A DNA stretch of 32,591 bases from Eubacteriales bacterium (GTDB taxonomy: Bacteria > Bacillota > Clostridia > Oscillospirales > RGIG5299), in NCBI GenBank assembly GCA_045648325.1, contig JAZRNU010000039.1, positions 1 through 32,591 on the forward strand, in the 5' to 3' direction. The position numbers were made by a program, and so were the translations under genes. This document shows, piece by piece, positions 28,342 to 32,591 of this stretch. The notes below the pieces were generated by a model. The model made no database searches and had not been told where the DNA came from. It saw only the letters and a program-made list of their open reading frames with translations. Position 1 is the stretch's first letter, and every line of letters begins with the position of its first letter.

Positions 28342-30645
28342 TTGTTAAAGCTTTGCGATATCAAAAAAAGTTACGTTACCGGCGACTTTATTCAGCACGC
28401 CTTAAACGGTGTTTCGGTTGAATTTACAAAAAACGAATTCGTTTCGGTTTTGGGTCCCTCTGGAAGCGGTAAAACGACGTTACTTAACATCGTCGGCGGT
28501 CTTGACCGTTACGACTCGGGCGACCTTATTATTAACGGCAAATCAACCAAGCAGTTTTCGCAGACCGAATGGGATTCCTACAGAAACAACTGCATCGGCT
28601 TTGTTTTTCAAAGCTATAATTTGATCAGCCATCTCACCGTGCTCGAAAACGTTGAGCTCGGTATGACGCTTAGCGGAATCTCCGCCGCAAAAAGACGCAA
28701 GCGCGCTCTTCTGGCTCTTGAAAAAATGGGAATCAAGGAGCACGCAAAGAAAAAGCCCAATCAGCTTTCGGGCGGTCAGATGCAGCGTGTTGCCATTGCA
28801 AGAGCAATTTCGGGCGATCCCGACATAATACTCGCGGACGAGCCGACCGGCGCTCTTGATTCAGTCACAAGCGAGCAGATAATGGATATTTTAAAGGAGC
28901 TTTCAAAGGAAAAGCTCGTTATTATGGTAACCCACAACGGCGAGCTTGCGCAGAAATACTCCGACAGAATTCTTGAATTCAAGGACGGCTCACTCGTTAA
29001 GGACAGCGGCTCCAAGGTCGACGATGGTGTGAAAAAGTCCTTTACCTTGAAAAAGACCTCGATGAGCTTTTTCACCGCCTTGAGGCTTTCTCTTAAAAAC
29101 ATATTCACCAAAAAGCTCAAAACCACCATTACCGCGGTGGCGGCAAGTATTGGAATTATAGGCATTTCGCTTATTCTTGCCCTTTCAAACGGCTTTGGCA
29201 TTCAGATCGACAGCTTTCAGGCAAGGGCGCTCGGTTCTTTCCCGATAATCATTCAGCAGTCTGCAGTTTCGGTTGATCCCGAGGATATGATGGACATTAT
29301 GGAAAGCAATTTGCAGAAGTTCCCCGACGTTTCGGTTGTTTACCCCTTTGACAAAAGCTTTTCAAGCATAGTTCACACAAACATCTTTACCGATGAATTT
29401 ATGGATTACGTTAAAAGCGCAGACCGCAACGTGGTAAGAGGTCTTTCCTACACGCGAGGCACCTCGGTAAATCTTCTTTACAAAACTGGCGACACGATAA
29501 AGAGAATTACCGGATCGGATATTACCATTACCCTTTTACCCCTTGAATTCGGTAACACAAACGCCTTTTTAAACGATGATTACGACGTGCTTGCAACACT
29601 TGGCGACTCCCTTTCCGAAAGCGTGACGGACGTATTTCTCGTGGTTGACTCACGAAACAGGCTCGATGAGAAAACCATTGAGCTTTTAGGGCTTGATCCC
29701 GATTCGGAGGGCATTCCCTTTGACGAGTTTTTGGGGCTTGAATTCAAATTCGTTCCAAATGACGTATGGTATTCGGAAAACAACGGATATTTCACCGTTA
29801 ACTCCGATCTTTCGGCCTCATACAATAACGAGCAGTCGGTTACCTTGAGAGTTGCCGGCGTGGTAAGAACAAAAGAAGCAAGCGAGCTTACCGCCGCAAC
29901 CGACGGTCTTCTTATGAGAAGCGAAATGATGGAGGAGATCGTTAAGATAAACTCCCAATCTGAAATAGTAACTTCCCAGAAAAACGCCGATTACGACGTA
30001 AGAACGGGACTCCCCTTCCCCGACGACGAAAGCGGAAGCCAGTTAAAGAGCTATTATCTTGCACAGCTTGGCGACGATACCTTGCCCTATGCGATATTTA
30101 TCTATCCCGCAGATTTCGATGCAAAGGATTTGCTTATTGAATATCTCGATGCCTTTAACGAGGGCAAAGAGGAGGCAGACAGAATAGTTTACACCGATAT
30201 GGCAACAACTATTTCAAATCTCTCCTCGAACATTTTAAATGCAATTACCATTGTGCTTGTAGTATTTTCATCAATTTCACTTGTTGTTTCTTCGATTATG
30301 ATTGGCATTATAACCTATTCTTCGGTAATTGAAAGAACGAGAGAAATAGGAATTTTGAGGGCTCTTGGCGCACGAAAGAGCGATATTTGCCGCGTTTTCA
30401 ACGCAGAAACCTTTATTATCGGTATTTTCTCGGGAATTATAGGCATTGTGCTTTCCGCCCTTTCACTCATTCCCGCAAATATGATTTTAAAGGCTCTTAC
30501 CGAGCTTGACAACGTTGCCGTTATGAACCCCATTCACACCGTTGTTTTAGTGCTTATCTGCATTGCAACCTCGGTAATCGGCGGTCTTATTCCCGCAATA
30601 ATGGCTTCGCTTAAGGACCCCGTTACTGCTCTTCGCACCGATTGA
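28342..30645 (+). CDS. MacB-like fused ABC ATPase/permease
   Basis: GPSGSGKTT, LSGGQMQR, ILADEPTGALD, one TM helix, large ectodomain, and FtsX C-terminus ERTREIGILRALGA...DPVTALR. TTG start at 28342 after GGAGG. Confidence 0.92.
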   Translation: MLKLCDIKKSYVTGDFIQHALNGVSVEFTKNEFVSVLGPSGSGKTTLLNIVGGLDRYDSGDLIINGKSTKQFSQTEWDSYRNNCIGFVFQSYNLISHLTVLENVELGMTLSGISAAKRRKRALLALEKMGIKEHAKKKPNQLSGGQMQRVAIARAISGDPDIILADEPTGALDSVTSEQIMDILKELSKEKLVIMVTHNGELAQKYSDRILEFKDGSLVKDSGSKVDDGVKKSFTLKKTSMSFFTALRLSLKNIFTKKLKTTITAVAASIGIIGISLILALSNGFGIQIDSFQARALGSFPIIIQQSAVSVDPEDMMDIMESNLQKFPDVSVVYPFDKSFSSIVHTNIFTDEFMDYVKSADRNVVRGLSYTRGTSVNLLYKTGDTIKRITGSDITITLLPLEFGNTNAFLNDDYDVLATLGDSLSESVTDVFLVVDSRNRLDEKTIELLGLDPDSEGIPFDEFLGLEFKFVPNDVWYSENNGYFTVNSDLSASYNNEQSVTLRVAGVVRTKEASELTAATDGLLMRSEMMEEIVKINSQSEIVTSQKNADYDVRTGLPFPDDESGSQLKSYYLAQLGDDTLPYAIFIYPADFDAKDLLIEYLDAFNEGKEEADRIVYTDMATTISNLSSNILNAITIVLVVFSSISLVVSSIMIGIITYSSVIERTREIGILRALGARKSDICRVFNAETFIIGIFSGIIGIVLSALSLIPANMILKALTELDNVAVMNPIHTVVLVLICIATSVIGGLIPAIMASLKDPVTALRTD

Positions 30646-30647
30646 TG

Positions 30648-30676
30648 TTGACTTTACGGAAGTTTACTGATATACT
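30648..30676 (+). promoter_or_regulatory. sigma-A promoter of the 548-aa hypothetical gene
   Basis: TTGACT (30648-30653), 17-nt spacer, extended TG-a-TATACT (30671-30676). SD GAAAGGA precedes the TTG start. Confidence 0.8.
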
Positions 30677-30711
30677 TTAAGGTATACTTCGCACAGAAAG
30701 GACTTGAAAAT

Positions 30712-32358
30712 TTGAAAAAACCGTTTTTATCAAAAATAATTCTTGGCTTGATTTCTGCGGTCGTGCTTTTTATCGCCTATTGGTTTATGCTGCCGCCTCT
30801 TAATTTAAGAAGCCCCGATTTCTGGAACTTCTTTGTTTTTGCAATAGTTCTCGTTACCGTGCTTTTTGCAGGCAGAGCGCTTATTTCCGCACTCAAGGAG
30901 CTTCCCTCGCAGGGAGGCGGACGCTTTGCTTTTATGAAAATCAAAGGCACGGCAGGCCTTGCAATAAAAATAATTTTAGGCTCGATTGCCTCGGTTATCG
31001 TTATTAACGTTGTTGCTTCAATTATAGGCGCAACCATTTTCAACGCGAAAAATTATTACAATCTCATTTCGGTAAACGAGGGCAATTTTGCAGAGGATAT
31101 TGCCGAAATCGATATGAGCTCGATTCCCGTTGTTGACAAGGATTCAGCTTCACGTCTTGCAAGAAGAAAGCTCGGCGAGATGAAGGATCTTGTTTCACAG
31201 TTTGAAATAACCTCCGATTTTACCCAGATAAACTACAACAACTCTCCTTACAGAGTTACCACCCTTGCATACGGCGACGTTTTCAAGTGGTTTAACAATC
31301 AGTCAAGCGGCATTCCCGCCTACATTACCGTTGACATGGTAACGCAGGACGCAAAGCTCGTGCGTCTTGAAAACGGAATAAAATATTCCGAAAGCGAGTA
31401 TTTTTACAGAAATATTCACCGTTATCTCCGCTTCAACTACCCCACCAAGATATTTGACGATCTTTGCTTTGAAATCGACGACAACGGCACTCCCTACTGG
31501 ATTGCACCCTGCATTACCTACCGCATTGGTCTTTGGAACGGCAAGGATATTGACGGCGCAGTTTTGGTAAACGCAGTTACCGGCGAGCACGAATATCTCA
31601 CTTTAGATGAAATTCCCTCGTGGGTCGATCAGGTGTTTATTTCGGATCTTGTTATCGAGCAGCTTAACTACTACGGAATGTACGTAAACGGCTTCTGGAA
31701 CTCGATTTTCGGTCAGCAGGACGTTTTGCAGACCACCGCAGGCTACAACTACCTTGCCATTGACGACGACGTATGGCTTTACACAGGCATGACCTCGGTT
31801 GCAAGTGACGAATCAAACGTTGGCTTTGTGCTTGTAAATCTTCGCACGAAGGAAGCAAAATTCTACACAGTACCCGGCGCGGAGGAATATTCGGCAATGA
31901 GCTCGGCGCAGGGTCAGGTTCAGCATCTTAATTACAGCTCTACCTTCCCGATTCTTTTAAACGTTGCAGACCGTCCCACCTATTTCGTTTCGCTTAAGGA
32001 CGATGCGGGACTCGTTAAGCTTTACGCCTTCGTTGACGTTGAAAGATACCAGATCGTCGGCACCGGCGAGACGGTTGCCGAGGCCAAGGCAAACTACGCC
32101 GAAAAGCTGAAATCGGAGGACATTGACGTTCCCGGTAACCTCACGGCGGATATTACCGTTTCGGATTACCGCTTCCTCGTTACGGGCGGCGAAAGCAACG
32201 CTTACGTAAGCGACACCGAGGGAAATATCTGGATAATTCCCGTTTCGCTTGATTCACGTCTTGCGTTTATTGAAAACGGAAGCGTAATCTCGGTTGAATA
32301 TTCCAAAATTGGAAACGTTAAAACGGTAACCAAGGTTTTAAGTGTTGTAAACGGTTGA
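30712..32358 (+). CDS. Hypothetical membrane-anchored protein (three N-terminal TM helices plus a large extracellular domain)
   Basis: Long ORF with its own promoter, SD and terminator. Hydrophobic segments at about aa 8-27, 38-58 and 84-110, then an aromatic-rich soluble region. Confidence 0.85.
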   Translation: MKKPFLSKIILGLISAVVLFIAYWFMLPPLNLRSPDFWNFFVFAIVLVTVLFAGRALISALKELPSQGGGRFAFMKIKGTAGLAIKIILGSIASVIVINVVASIIGATIFNAKNYYNLISVNEGNFAEDIAEIDMSSIPVVDKDSASRLARRKLGEMKDLVSQFEITSDFTQINYNNSPYRVTTLAYGDVFKWFNNQSSGIPAYITVDMVTQDAKLVRLENGIKYSESEYFYRNIHRYLRFNYPTKIFDDLCFEIDDNGTPYWIAPCITYRIGLWNGKDIDGAVLVNAVTGEHEYLTLDEIPSWVDQVFISDLVIEQLNYYGMYVNGFWNSIFGQQDVLQTTAGYNYLAIDDDVWLYTGMTSVASDESNVGFVLVNLRTKEAKFYTVPGAEEYSAMSSAQGQVQHLNYSSTFPILLNVADRPTYFVSLKDDAGLVKLYAFVDVERYQIVGTGETVAEAKANYAEKLKSEDIDVPGNLTADITVSDYRFLVTGGESNAYVSDTEGNIWIIPVSLDSRLAFIENGSVISVEYSKIGNVKTVTKVLSVVNG

Positions 32359-32368
32359 TAATTTCAAA

Positions 32369-32405
32369 CCCCCGCGCTTGTAATTCAAGTGCGGGGGGAT
32401 TTTTT
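32369..32405 (+). terminator. Intrinsic terminator
   Basis: CCCCCGCGCTTG/CAAGTGCGGGGG stem (one G-U pair) followed by ATTTTTT. Confidence 0.88.
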
Positions 32406-32411
32406 GGCTGA

Positions 32412-32591
32412 TTTTGCTAAGCGCCTGGCTTCTATCTGATTTTATTTCCGCGTGAAGCCACGGGAGCTCCTATTTTTAATTCCACTGCGCGTGGGGCGCC
32501 CATTTCTTGTAGGGATACAAGAAATGGGAAAAGAAAATCCTTTTGTAAGGGGGGATTTCGATTCCCCCCTTACCCGGCGCTACCAAAGATT
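32412..32591. repeat. Non-coding multi-hairpin element (REP/MITE-like or structured RNA), possibly cut by the window edge
   Basis: 13-bp perfect stem at 32499-32528 and 11-bp perfect stem at 32545-32573, plus smaller stems. No ORF in the track. Confidence 0.55.

Noticed and set aside
32545-32573. TTCGATT loop resembling a tRNA T-arm or att site
   Set aside because: No GTTC closing pair, acceptor stem or CCA geometry, and no integrase nearby. Treated as part of the hairpin element.
1-32591. Codon reassignment (CGG/AGG or stop recoding), as known in some uncultured Firmicutes
   Set aside because: In spot checks, CGG encodes the conserved Arg in hpt (MRELPY), AGG encodes the conserved Arg in spoIIR (VLRLHV), and TGA/TAG end infB, ftsH and tilS near the expected lengths. 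This was not a full codon analysis.
1-32591. CRISPR array, prophage, transposase, toxin-antitoxin or defence genes
   Set aside because: No spaced direct repeats and no ORFs with such motifs. Nearly all the sequence is accounted for by housekeeping or envelope genes.

Overview
Mostly core chromosome of a spore-forming Clostridia-like Firmicute. The lineage is inferred from gene content, including a sigma-F-type promoter on spoIIR, and standard genetic code 11 fits. The left ~12 kb is one minus-strand run: rimP-nusA-ylxR-ylxQ-infB-rbfA-nrnA-truB-ribF-ymfF-ymfH-lgt-folD, followed by a truncated tRNA-Gln(TTG) at the window edge. The middle holds an ABC ATPase/FtsX-type permease/thiN operon, a stand-alone E2-like acyltransferase domain, a ClC transporter, an SGNH lipoprotein and spoIIR. 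The right holds a yybS-like gene, rplI-dnaB-tilS-hpt-ftsH, a MacB-like ABC fusion, a conserved membrane-anchored hypothetical protein and a hairpin-rich non-coding element at the edge. I see no CRISPR, prophage, integrase, transposase or defence island, and cannot support a clear-cut new multi-gene system. The best leads are: an Hpt missing its Ser-Tyr loop in the tilS-hpt-ftsH locus; an orphan E2-like domain with His->Glu at the catalytic site, next to a ClC with an altered anion site; the terminal multi-hairpin element; the absence of gdpP from the yybS-rplI-dnaB locus; and a NusA with a broken KH1 GxxG motif. Consensus motifs are quoted from memory of the families, and no database searches were run.
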